DNA of 64,000 nt from Planctomycetota bacterium (lineage in GTDB: Bacteria > Planctomycetota > SZUA-567 > H5-PLA8). Position numbers and translations under genes: made by a program. Below, one piece after another: positions 1-7,743 of this stretch (positions within the stretch are counted from its first letter, which is position 1; the number at the start of each line of letters is the position of its first letter). The DNA lies in contig JBBRPR010000037.1 in the NCBI GenBank assembly GCA_038227875.1, forward strand, positions 1 to 64,000, written 5' to 3'. Under the pieces are notes generated by a model. That model worked only from the letters and a program-made list of their open reading frames with translations. It did not search any database and was not told where the DNA came from.

Positions 1-307
1 GGCGGGTGGCGAATTGGGCGACCTGCTCGACCGCCTTCGCCGCTGCCTGCTGGGCCGTGTCGCCCTGCCACGCGTCCCACAGCACCTGCGAGACGTAGTC
101 AGGCTTGTCACGCCAATCGGCGGGCGACCTCAGTAACTGCGAAAGCTTTCTGGCGCAGTCCAGTTGGACTGCGGAGTCCGTCGTCCTGATGGATCGTTTG
201 ACGCGTGCGCGATTGAGCAAAGGATGGAACCAGATCAGCGATAAGGGATAACCAGCCTTCTTGGCTTGTCCCAACGTCACGCCAGGATATTCTGTCAATT
301 TCGGCAT
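1..307 (-). CDS. 5' part of a gene running off the left edge; possibly a tyrosine integrase N-terminal (arm-binding) region
   Basis: Translated by hand: ATG at 307 with GGAG SD, open to the edge, MPKLTEYPG...RARVKRSIRTTDSAVQLDCARKL. The RxxRSxxTTD motif resembles integrase N-termini. No catalytic domain is visible. Confidence 0.4.
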   Translation of the reverse strand, partial: MPKLTEYPGVTLGQAKKAGYPLSLIWFHPLLNRARVKRSIRTTDSAVQLDCARKLSQLLRSPADWRDKPDYVSQVLWDAWQGDTAQQAAAKAVEQVAQFATR

Positions 308-518
308 CGGTTAACTCCGCTTTGTCATGGCCAAACGGACTATAAACGGGAAGTTTTAATGTTCTACTCTTTTGTTCCCCTATTTGCGAAGCGTGCACGC
401 TCGACAATAGGAGAATCGGAATTAAAAAGACCAGTCGTCCCGCCCGGTCCGTATTGAAAACCGCTCAACTTCATCCCGACGGAAGCGTCTCTTGCAAAAA
501 ATTCGCGTCCGTCGCTGA

Positions 519-540
519 CCGGGCAGGATGCCCGGACTAC
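519..540 (-). repeat. GTAG-headed REP-like hairpin
   Basis: Minus strand reads GTAGTCCGGGCATCCTGCCCGG; related copies at 11223-11245 and 55953-55970. Confidence 0.65.
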
Positions 541-559
541 AAACGATCCGGAGACGCTC

Positions 560-814
560 ATGGACATCAGCAATCCCAAGCTGCTCTACTTCAAGGGATT
601 TTTGTTTGTCGTCTGTGGATTGATGGCGGCGGGAGTGATCCTACTCGAGCATCCCAGCTGGAAACTGGCGGGACTGATGGCGCTGACGGTCTGGTGTTTC
701 GCGCGCGCGTATTATTTTGCATTCTACGTCATCCAACACTACGTCGATCCGAATTTCCGCTTCGCCGGGCTGTGGGATTTTTTCTGCTACGCGCTGAAGC
801 GTGAGAAGAAATAG
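560..814 (+). CDS. small membrane protein
   Basis: 84 aa, GGAG SD, two hydrophobic segments. Confidence 0.7.
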   Translation: MDISNPKLLYFKGFLFVVCGLMAAGVILLEHPSWKLAGLMALTVWCFARAYYFAFYVIQHYVDPNFRFAGLWDFFCYALKREKK

Positions 815-815
815 C

Positions 816-1733
816 TCACGGATTCCACCAGCACGGCCCCTTCCCTTCCATCGCCACGACCGCACGCGCACGCAAGTCTTTCTGCTCGGAGTCAGACATC
901 GGCGCAAACGCAGCCGCGGCGGCGAAGGCGGCGTCCTGCTCGTTCGGGAAACTCAATCCCAGCAGCGCCACGTCCGGATCATGCGTGAGCGTGTAGCGGA
1001 CGCATTCGTTGATGCTCAACCGCGGCAGCGTGGGCGTCACGTCATCGGTTCCGCCAGAACTGACTTTGCCGCGCGGACGGTTCTGCAGCGGCTGGTTGTA
1101 GCCGCTGGTGTCGCCGATCAGCTTTCCCGCGCCAAACGTTTTAAAACAGACCGTGCCGACGCCGTGCTTTTTCGCCAGCGGCAGCATCTCGTTGACGTAA
1201 CGTTCATCCACAAACGGACCGACCGGAAAGAGCACCACGTCGCAGAGCCCCGACGGAATCGCGACTCGCAATACTTCCGGGTGATGGCACGAGATCCCGC
1301 GAAAACGCGTCTTTCCCGCGCGGATGCACGCGGCAGTCTGCTCCAGACCGCCGCCGGCTTGGGACAGTTTGCTCCACTGCTCCAGCGACTTCACGCCGTG
1401 AAAGACAAACAGGTCGGTGTGCTCCATGCCCAGCCGCTTCAAACTCGCGTCGATCTGCGGAACGACCGGCGCGTCGAGCTCATCGATCTTGTCGATCACG
1501 AAGATGCCGTCGCGCCGGCCTTTGAGCGCCGCGCCGACGATCTCCTCGCTGTAGCCATTTTCGTAGCTCGGCGCGGTGTCGATCAGATTCAATCCCGCGT
1601 CGAGCGCGCGGCGGACGGTCGCCACGCAACGTTCCAGCGGCACGGAACGGTCGGCGAGATCGCCGATGCCCAGTTGCGTCGCCACGAATCCGGTGCGGCC
1701 GAGCTGCCGGCGAGGCTTGAAGGCGTGGCTCAT
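816..1733 (-). CDS. aldo/keto reductase
   Basis: RRQLGRTG, IDTAPSY, SEEIVGAAL, K and H of the catalytic tetrad, GKTRFRGISCH. Confidence 0.92.
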   Translation of the reverse strand: MSHAFKPRRQLGRTGFVATQLGIGDLADRSVPLERCVATVRRALDAGLNLIDTAPSYENGYSEEIVGAALKGRRDGIFVIDKIDELDAPVVPQIDASLKRLGMEHTDLFVFHGVKSLEQWSKLSQAGGGLEQTAACIRAGKTRFRGISCHHPEVLRVAIPSGLCDVVLFPVGPFVDERYVNEMLPLAKKHGVGTVCFKTFGAGKLIGDTSGYNQPLQNRPRGKVSSGGTDDVTPTLPRLSINECVRYTLTHDPDVALLGLSFPNEQDAAFAAAAAFAPMSDSEQKDLRARAVVAMEGKGPCWWNP

Positions 1734-1862
1734 CAACAGTTCTCCACGGTCGTTCTACCTATTGGGGCATCCGAAAAAAGTGTAACTACGGATAGGGGTT
1801 CCGGTAAATTTACCGGGTGATTAGAAAGCAACACCCTGCCGCCAATTGGCGGCGGGGTCAAC

Positions 1863-1902
1863 AAAAACGGGGGCGATCCTTTCAGATCGCCCCCGTTTCT
1901 TT
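1863..1902. terminator. intrinsic terminator, probably bidirectional, after sodC
   Basis: AAAAACGGGGGCGATC-loop-GATCGCCCCCGTTTCTTT. Confidence 0.85.
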
Positions 1903-1914
1903 TCGAGCCAGGAA

Positions 1915-2472
1915 TTACTTCGCGGCCGGCTTGGCCACGCCGATCACGCCGCACGCAATGCGCGCGCCGGCGTTGCCGACGGGCTGGCCGCCGTCATCAA
2001 CCTTCGCATGCACGATCACGCCGCGTCCGAGAATCGAATTCTTGCCGCCGACGCTGACGCCTTCGACGGTGATCTCGTAGTGCGCTTTGCCTTCCTTGTC
2101 GGCCTGGAGATTGCCGAGGTCGCCGGCGTGCTTTTCAGCGGCGTCAGGCAGACCGTGCTTGTGGCCATCGGGATTGAAGTGGCCGCCGGCGCTGCTGCCG
2201 TCCTTGGACGTCGCGTCGCCGAATTCATGAATGTGGAAGGCGTGCTTCGCGTCGGGCGTCAGGCCTTCAACATCGGCGACGACCTTCACTTTGCCGCCTT
2301 CTTCGGTGAAGCGAACCACGCCGGAAACCTTGTTACCTTCCGTCGCGTGCAACACACAAACAGCCACCGTCGGCGCAGCGGCCGGAGCCGGCGGCGCGTC
2401 TTCGGCGCGCACCAGCGAACTGAGAGCGGCCACGGAAACCAGAACCATCACTGCCAAGGACAGACGTCGCAT
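1915..2472 (-). CDS. sodC: periplasmic Cu/Zn superoxide dismutase
   Basis: Signal peptide; HAFHIHE, SAGGHFNP, HAGDLGN, VIVHAKVDD, GNAGARIACG. Confidence 0.95.
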   Translation of the reverse strand: MRRLSLAVMVLVSVAALSSLVRAEDAPPAPAAAPTVAVCVLHATEGNKVSGVVRFTEEGGKVKVVADVEGLTPDAKHAFHIHEFGDATSKDGSSAGGHFNPDGHKHGLPDAAEKHAGDLGNLQADKEGKAHYEITVEGVSVGGKNSILGRGVIVHAKVDDGGQPVGNAGARIACGVIGVAKPAAK

Positions 2473-2690
2473 TGCTCTTCCCCCTCTTATAGAATGAGTC
2501 TCATCAAACCCGCGATCACACGAACATGTGCAATCTAACCGCCCCAGAGGGAATTGAAAAGCGACCGAAGTGGAAATTCAGCAACACTTTCCGCATAGTG
2601 AAGTTTCCCCGGTGAGACTCTCGAACGATCTCCTTGTCCTCCTGCATTTCGTGGGGTACTTTTAAGAACCTTCCGAGGAACCATCAGCGC

Positions 2691-3581
2691 GTGAACAAAC
2701 TTCGAGTTGCAGTCACCGGCGGCAGCGGGCGCATCGGCACGCGGGTCGTCCGGCGCTTGTGGGAAAGCGGACACGACGTCATCAACATCGACCGCCGGGC
2801 ACCGCAAAACGCCATCGCCAAATTTTGCTACGCCGACATCCGCCAGCGTTCGCAACTGCAGCCCCTGCTGGAAGGCGTCGATGCCGTCTGCCATCTGGCC
2901 GAAATTCCGACCAATTCGCAGATGATTCCGCCCGACGAGGTCTACATCCACAACACCACGGTCGGCGCCACGGTGCTGCAGACGGCCTCGGATTTGAAAA
3001 TCAAGCGGCTGATCTACACCAGCACCTGCCAGGTCTACGGCATGTGGGGCGAGCCGCCGTTGGCGCTCAAGCAACTGCCCATGGACGAAACGCATCCGCT
3101 CCAGCCCAACAATTCCTACGGCTGCGGAAAAGTGGCCAACGAATTCTTCGCACACATGATCGCGCGGACCAGCGGGCTCTCGGTCGCGATTTTCCGTTTC
3201 CCAATGGTGCTGAATTTCGATTTCGAAACGCCAGGCTGTGAAAAATGGTTCGACTACAGTCAGCAGTTCGGCGACGGCTTCGGCACGCATGTCCACACCG
3301 ACGACGCGACGCGTGCGTACGCCCTGGCGCTGGAGCATCCGCGACCCGGCTGCGAAGCCTATCATTTCAGCGCGGAGGAAGCGCTCTGCACGCTGCCGAT
3401 CCGGGAATCCGTCCAGCGCCGCCATCCCGACGGCGCACAGCTACCCGCCGACTGGCCGAAGACGAAAAGCTTCATCGATTGCAGTAAAGCCAAGGCGCAT
3501 TTCAACTGGGTGCCGGAAAAAAATCTGATGCAGCAGTTCCGCGAGAAGTTCGGCCGCGATCCGCACCCGCCGAAAGCATGA
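2691..3581 (+). CDS. NAD-dependent epimerase/dehydratase (extended SDR)
   Basis: VTGGSGRIG Rossmann motif, YGCGK (YxxxK); GTG start inferred. Confidence 0.9.
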   Translation: MNKLRVAVTGGSGRIGTRVVRRLWESGHDVINIDRRAPQNAIAKFCYADIRQRSQLQPLLEGVDAVCHLAEIPTNSQMIPPDEVYIHNTTVGATVLQTASDLKIKRLIYTSTCQVYGMWGEPPLALKQLPMDETHPLQPNNSYGCGKVANEFFAHMIARTSGLSVAIFRFPMVLNFDFETPGCEKWFDYSQQFGDGFGTHVHTDDATRAYALALEHPRPGCEAYHFSAEEALCTLPIRESVQRRHPDGAQLPADWPKTKSFIDCSKAKAHFNWVPEKNLMQQFREKFGRDPHPPKA

Positions 3582-3582
3582 C

Positions 3583-3726
3583 GTGGTGCCATGGAAGTGC
3601 GGATGCTTGAGCGTAGCGAAAGCAGCCGCTCATCCGTGCCGGCACGCATGGAGTAGGCGGAGCGCAACGCACGGATGAGCTAATTTCTTCGCTACGCTCT
3701 GAAATTCGCACATCCATGGCCCCATA
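3583..3726. repeat. long imperfect inverted repeat (about 50-bp arms)
   Basis: 3589-3639 pairs with 3669-3720 (CCATGGAAGTGCG..GAGCGTAGCGAA..GCTCATCCGTGC and its complement). Confidence 0.8.
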
Positions 3727-3793
3727 CACCTCGCTTGAATCCCGCGCTGCCGCGGGTATCCTCTTACACATCACTTCAACCAGGGAAGCAACC

Positions 3794-4201
3794 ATGAATT
3801 GGCGGGAAGAGCTCGCGGCCGCATTCTTAAAAAAGCGCGAGGAAAAGGCTGAAAAAGGTTTCCACGAGCAGCAGATCCAGTGGGAAACGAACAAGTTTTT
3901 CGACGAGGTCGTGCAGCCCGCGTTGAACTCCGTCGCCGTTGAACTGCGCAAGAACGGCCGCGCCGCGGAAATCAAACGCCTCCCCACGTCAATCCAGATC
4001 AGCTCCGCGCCGGTCGTTTACACCGTCGGCGTCAGCACGCGCCGATTGGCGGCGTTCATCGAGATCGAACTCTTTGGACGCAAGTCCCACACGATCCGCA
4101 CCGCGCTGATGGGCGAAGGCGGACGAGCACTGCGCATCAGCGAAACCACGCAGGATCACATCGCCGCGCATTTCGTCGACACATACACCAAGTACATTTG
4201 A
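3794..4201 (+). CDS. hypothetical protein
   Basis: ATG with purine-rich SD, host-like codon usage, 135 aa. Confidence 0.7.
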   Translation: MNWREELAAAFLKKREEKAEKGFHEQQIQWETNKFFDEVVQPALNSVAVELRKNGRAAEIKRLPTSIQISSAPVVYTVGVSTRRLAAFIEIELFGRKSHTIRTALMGEGGRALRISETTQDHIAAHFVDTYTKYI

Positions 4202-4219
4202 ACTATTTCAAAGAAAATC

Positions 4220-4247
4220 TGTAACCTCCACCCTGCATCTGCAACTA
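4220..4247 (+). promoter_or_regulatory. candidate ECF autoregulatory promoter
   Basis: TGTAAC-N16-CAACTA just upstream of the ECF sigma gene. Confidence 0.4.
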
Positions 4248-4263
4248 GACTGCGGAGAGGCTT

Positions 4264-4845
4264 ATGGAATCAACCACGCTTACGGAAGTGCCCGACCTTG
4301 AACTGGTCGCCCGCGTCTGCAAGGGCGAACAGGCGCTTTATGCCGAACTCATCCGCCGCCACCATAGCCGCCTGCGGACGGTGCTCTCGTTCTATATTCA
4401 TTCGCAGGAGGAACTCGAAGAATTTCTGCAGGCCTCGTTCGTCCAGGCCTACATTCATCTCGAATCCTGCAGCCTCTCCAGTGGTTTCTTTCCGTGGCTG
4501 AAGGGCATCGCCCTCAACACGCTCAAGATGGAGCTCCGTCGACTCCACGCGACGCGCAAAAAGGCCGGCGACTATGTCCGTTACGTCCGCCTGCAGCGGC
4601 TCGAGAACGATCCCGACGGCGCCCAAGCCGAAGCCCGTGCCGCCGCGCTACGCGGCTGCCTGGAGAAACTTCCCGACGAAGACCGCGCGCTGCTGAAATC
4701 CAAATACGGCGACAACCTGCCCGTCAAGACGCTCGCGCAGACGCTGCACAGCACCGAAGGCGCGCTGAAAGTCCGCCTGCTGCGAATCCGCAATCTGCTC
4801 CGCGCATGCATCTACAAGCACGTCGCGCTCGCGGAGGACGCATAA
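4264..4845 (+). CDS. ECF RNA polymerase sigma factor
   Basis: Region 2 (FFPWLKGIALN) and region 4 (LRGCLEKLP...ALKVRLLRIRNLLRAC). Confidence 0.92.
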   Translation: MESTTLTEVPDLELVARVCKGEQALYAELIRRHHSRLRTVLSFYIHSQEELEEFLQASFVQAYIHLESCSLSSGFFPWLKGIALNTLKMELRRLHATRKKAGDYVRYVRLQRLENDPDGAQAEARAAALRGCLEKLPDEDRALLKSKYGDNLPVKTLAQTLHSTEGALKVRLLRIRNLLRACIYKHVALAEDA

Positions 4846-4848
4846 ACC

Positions 4849-5778
4849 ATGGAACGCATCGACCAACTGGTGGAAGACTACCTCGACGGCTCGCTCTCCG
4901 AGTCCGAATTGCGCGACCTTGCCGACTTGATGCGCGACACGCCCTCTCATCGGTCGCGCTTCGTGGGACAGGCGGAGGTCGCCGGCTTGCTCGCCACTCT
5001 TTTTCATGCAGAGGATGCCGACGCGATCGTTGCGCGCACGATGGTCTCGCTGCCGGCCAAGCCTGGCGTCGCCGCCGTCGACACAACCACGCAGGAAATC
5101 ATGGCGACGCTCCCCCGCGCTCCCCAATCGAATGTTGAGGCCCCAGCGTCGCGTTGGCGCTGGAAACTTTGGACACTCGCAGCCGCCACGGTCGTGCTCG
5201 CGGTTGGATTGGCCATAAAATTCATCGACTTCCACCCGGGTCAACTGGCTGGAGTCGCAACGCTGCGAGCCAGCGGCGACGTGCGGATCGTCTCGGCGCT
5301 CACCGGCGAGCAGCGCAGCGCACGCAGCGCGGAAGAGACGCTGCAATCGCTGGACGGCGTGGAACTCGGCGCGAACGGACACGCCACGATTTCGTTCTGG
5401 GATCAAACCACACTCGAACTGACCGGCAGCGGCACGAAGCTGTGGATGAGCAACCGGCAAAACAGCACCGGCGAACGCGAACTCGCGCGCACGGCCAACC
5501 TCGGCAAGCATTTGGTGCTCGAGTCCGGAGTGCTGACCGTCGTCGCCGCAAAGCAGCCGGCCAACGCGCCGATGGTCGTGATCACGCCGCACGCGGATGC
5601 GGAGGTGGTCGGCACGAAGTTCGTGCTGACGGTGACCGGTGATTCCACCCGGCTGGATGTGACTGAAGGCATCGTCAAGCTTACGCGCGCGTCAGACAGC
5701 ACGAGCATTGAAGTTGACGCCGGTGAATCCGGCGTCGTCGACGGACACACGCGATTTAAATCGTTCAAGGAACCGTAA
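4849..5778 (+). CDS. FecR-domain anti-sigma factor
   Basis: YLDGSLS N-terminus, one TM helix, VITPHADAEVVGTKF...LDVTEGIV. Confidence 0.88.
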   Translation: MERIDQLVEDYLDGSLSESELRDLADLMRDTPSHRSRFVGQAEVAGLLATLFHAEDADAIVARTMVSLPAKPGVAAVDTTTQEIMATLPRAPQSNVEAPASRWRWKLWTLAAATVVLAVGLAIKFIDFHPGQLAGVATLRASGDVRIVSALTGEQRSARSAEETLQSLDGVELGANGHATISFWDQTTLELTGSGTKLWMSNRQNSTGERELARTANLGKHLVLESGVLTVVAAKQPANAPMVVITPHADAEVVGTKFVLTVTGDSTRLDVTEGIVKLTRASDSTSIEVDAGESGVVDGHTRFKSFKEP

Positions 5779-5843
5779 GACTTCTTTAGTCCGTAACGTC
5801 GCGAGCCAGGATTCCCTCATCCGAGCGGAACAGGAGAACGCAC

Positions 5844-7007
5844 ATGCCTACATACTTTCGGGGTTCGTCCACGCCAACACTGTCCGCTCCGCCCAGCGCT
5901 CCAGCGCCGCGTGCCGTTGTGCCGACTCCGCCCGCGAAGAAAGCGCGGTTGAGTTTTCATCTGCGCGTGAAGCAGAAGGAACTCACGCGCTTCACGCGGC
6001 AATTCGCCATTCTGCTCAACGCCGGGCTGCCGATCGTGCGGGCGCTCGACATTCTGCGCTCGCAGCTCCGCGAAGGGTTGCTGCGCGACGCGGTCAACGG
6101 GGTGAAGGAGGACGTCGAGAGCGGTTCGTCGCTCTCGGCCTCGATCGGCAACCAGCCGCACGTCTTCGACAAACTCTTTATCAACATGGTCCGCGCCGGC
6201 GAGGTCGGCGGCGTGCTCGACGAGATCCTCGGGCGCCTCGCCGACTTTCGAGAGAAAGCGCAACGCCTGCAACAGAAGATCACCGGCGCGCTGGTTTATC
6301 CGGCGGCTGTGGTCGTGATCGCCACGGCGATTCTCTCGTTCATCATGATTTTCATCATCCCGCGTTTCGAAGTGATGTTCAAAGAGATGAACCTCGGCGA
6401 TCTGCCTTTTTGCACGCAGTTGCTGATGCTGGTGACGCACGCGATGGTCGACTACTGGTACCTGCTGGCTTTCACGCCGGTGCTCGTCTACTTCGCGTAC
6501 CGGTTCGTAGGCAATACCACGCGCGGCCGGCTGCTGATCGACCGCACCAAACTTCATCTCCCGGTTTTCGGGCAGATCATTTCCATGTCGGCCGTCAGCC
6601 GCTTCTGCCGCACGCTGGGGACGCTGGTTCAATCGGGCGTGCCGATCCTTGATGCGCTGAGCATCATTAAGAATGCAACCGGCAACCAGGTCGTTGCCAA
6701 CGCGGTGGAATCGGTGCACGCTTCGATCAAGGAAGGCGATACCATCGCCGATCCGCTCCGGGCGTCCGGTGTCTTCGACGAGCTGGTGGTCAACATGATT
6801 CAAGTCGGCGAGGAAACCGGCGAGCTGGACAAGATGCTGATGAAAATCGCCGACACGTACGACGACGAAGTCGACACACTGGTCGCCGCGCTGATGAGTC
6901 TGCTCGAGCCGTTTCTGATCGTCGGAATGGGAATCGCGGTGGGCTTTATCGTGATCAGCCTGTTTATGCCGCTGATTATTATGATGCAGCGTATGGGAAA
7001 TGCGTGA
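5844..7007 (+). CDS. pilC: type IV pilus / T2SS inner-membrane platform protein (PilC/GspF)
   Basis: FTRQFAILLNAGLPI, NMVRAGEVGGVLD, GEETGELDKML, LLEP. Confidence 0.93.
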   Translation: MPTYFRGSSTPTLSAPPSAPAPRAVVPTPPAKKARLSFHLRVKQKELTRFTRQFAILLNAGLPIVRALDILRSQLREGLLRDAVNGVKEDVESGSSLSASIGNQPHVFDKLFINMVRAGEVGGVLDEILGRLADFREKAQRLQQKITGALVYPAAVVVIATAILSFIMIFIIPRFEVMFKEMNLGDLPFCTQLLMLVTHAMVDYWYLLAFTPVLVYFAYRFVGNTTRGRLLIDRTKLHLPVFGQIISMSAVSRFCRTLGTLVQSGVPILDALSIIKNATGNQVVANAVESVHASIKEGDTIADPLRASGVFDELVVNMIQVGEETGELDKMLMKIADTYDDEVDTLVAALMSLLEPFLIVGMGIAVGFIVISLFMPLIIMMQRMGNA

Positions 7008-7040
7008 ATCGTACCGCCGAGAGGCCTGACGCGGTACGGA

Positions 7041-7517
7041 TCAGTCTTCGAAACTCTTGCGCGTAACGGACGTCAGCGCGGTGTGCTCGCCGGACTTGGG
7101 CACGTCGACTTCCTGGATTGGGGCGGGCGTCGTCTGGACCATGCAGATGGCGCTCGCCAGATCGTGCGCGGTCGGGAACTGATCGGCGACGTCGAGAATG
7201 TCGAAGACTTCCTGCACACTGGGAGTCACACTGAGCAGCACCACGTTTCCGTTCTGCTCGCGGGTTTGAGACAACGCATCGACGATCACGCCAGTCCCAC
7301 TCGACGAAATCTCACGCACCTCACTCATATCCAGAATAATGCGGAATATGTTTCCGACAAAAGCGTCTGCGATTTGGCTTTCCAGCTGCTCGAACGTACG
7401 CGCGTCGAGCGTTCCATTCAGTTTTAACAGTACGACGGATCCGCCTTCGATCTCTTCACGGTCGATGTTCAGCGAACTCGTTGCGTTTAGATTGCTGCGC
7501 GAACCCATGAATTGCAT
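7041..7517 (-). CDS. STAS anti-anti-sigma factor
   Basis: LNGTLDA, ILDMSEVREISSSG, VQEVFDI. Confidence 0.88.
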   Translation of the reverse strand: MQFMGSRSNLNATSSLNIDREEIEGGSVVLLKLNGTLDARTFEQLESQIADAFVGNIFRIILDMSEVREISSSGTGVIVDALSQTREQNGNVVLLSVTPSVQEVFDILDVADQFPTAHDLASAICMVQTTPAPIQEVDVPKSGEHTALTSVTRKSFED

Positions 7518-7743
7518 CCCTTAATATGTAACAGACGCACCGCTGCGCCTTTTCTTATGTCTAAAATTCAACGGAACGCGCAGCGTATCCTTTGGTGAAT
7601 TTTTTTGCCAAAAAATTATACCGCATCCATTCATTTCACCTGACGTGCGTGAATTAAACTGTCTTGTCCGTTCTCTCGCGGTAAAAAATCAGCATCGGCA
7701 GAACGTTCCAGCACACAACGAGCACGACTATCGGAGCGCGAAA

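Noticed and set aside
340..520. tRNA as an integration site beside the integrase-like ORF
   Set aside because: No cloverleaf, T-loop or CCA end recognisable
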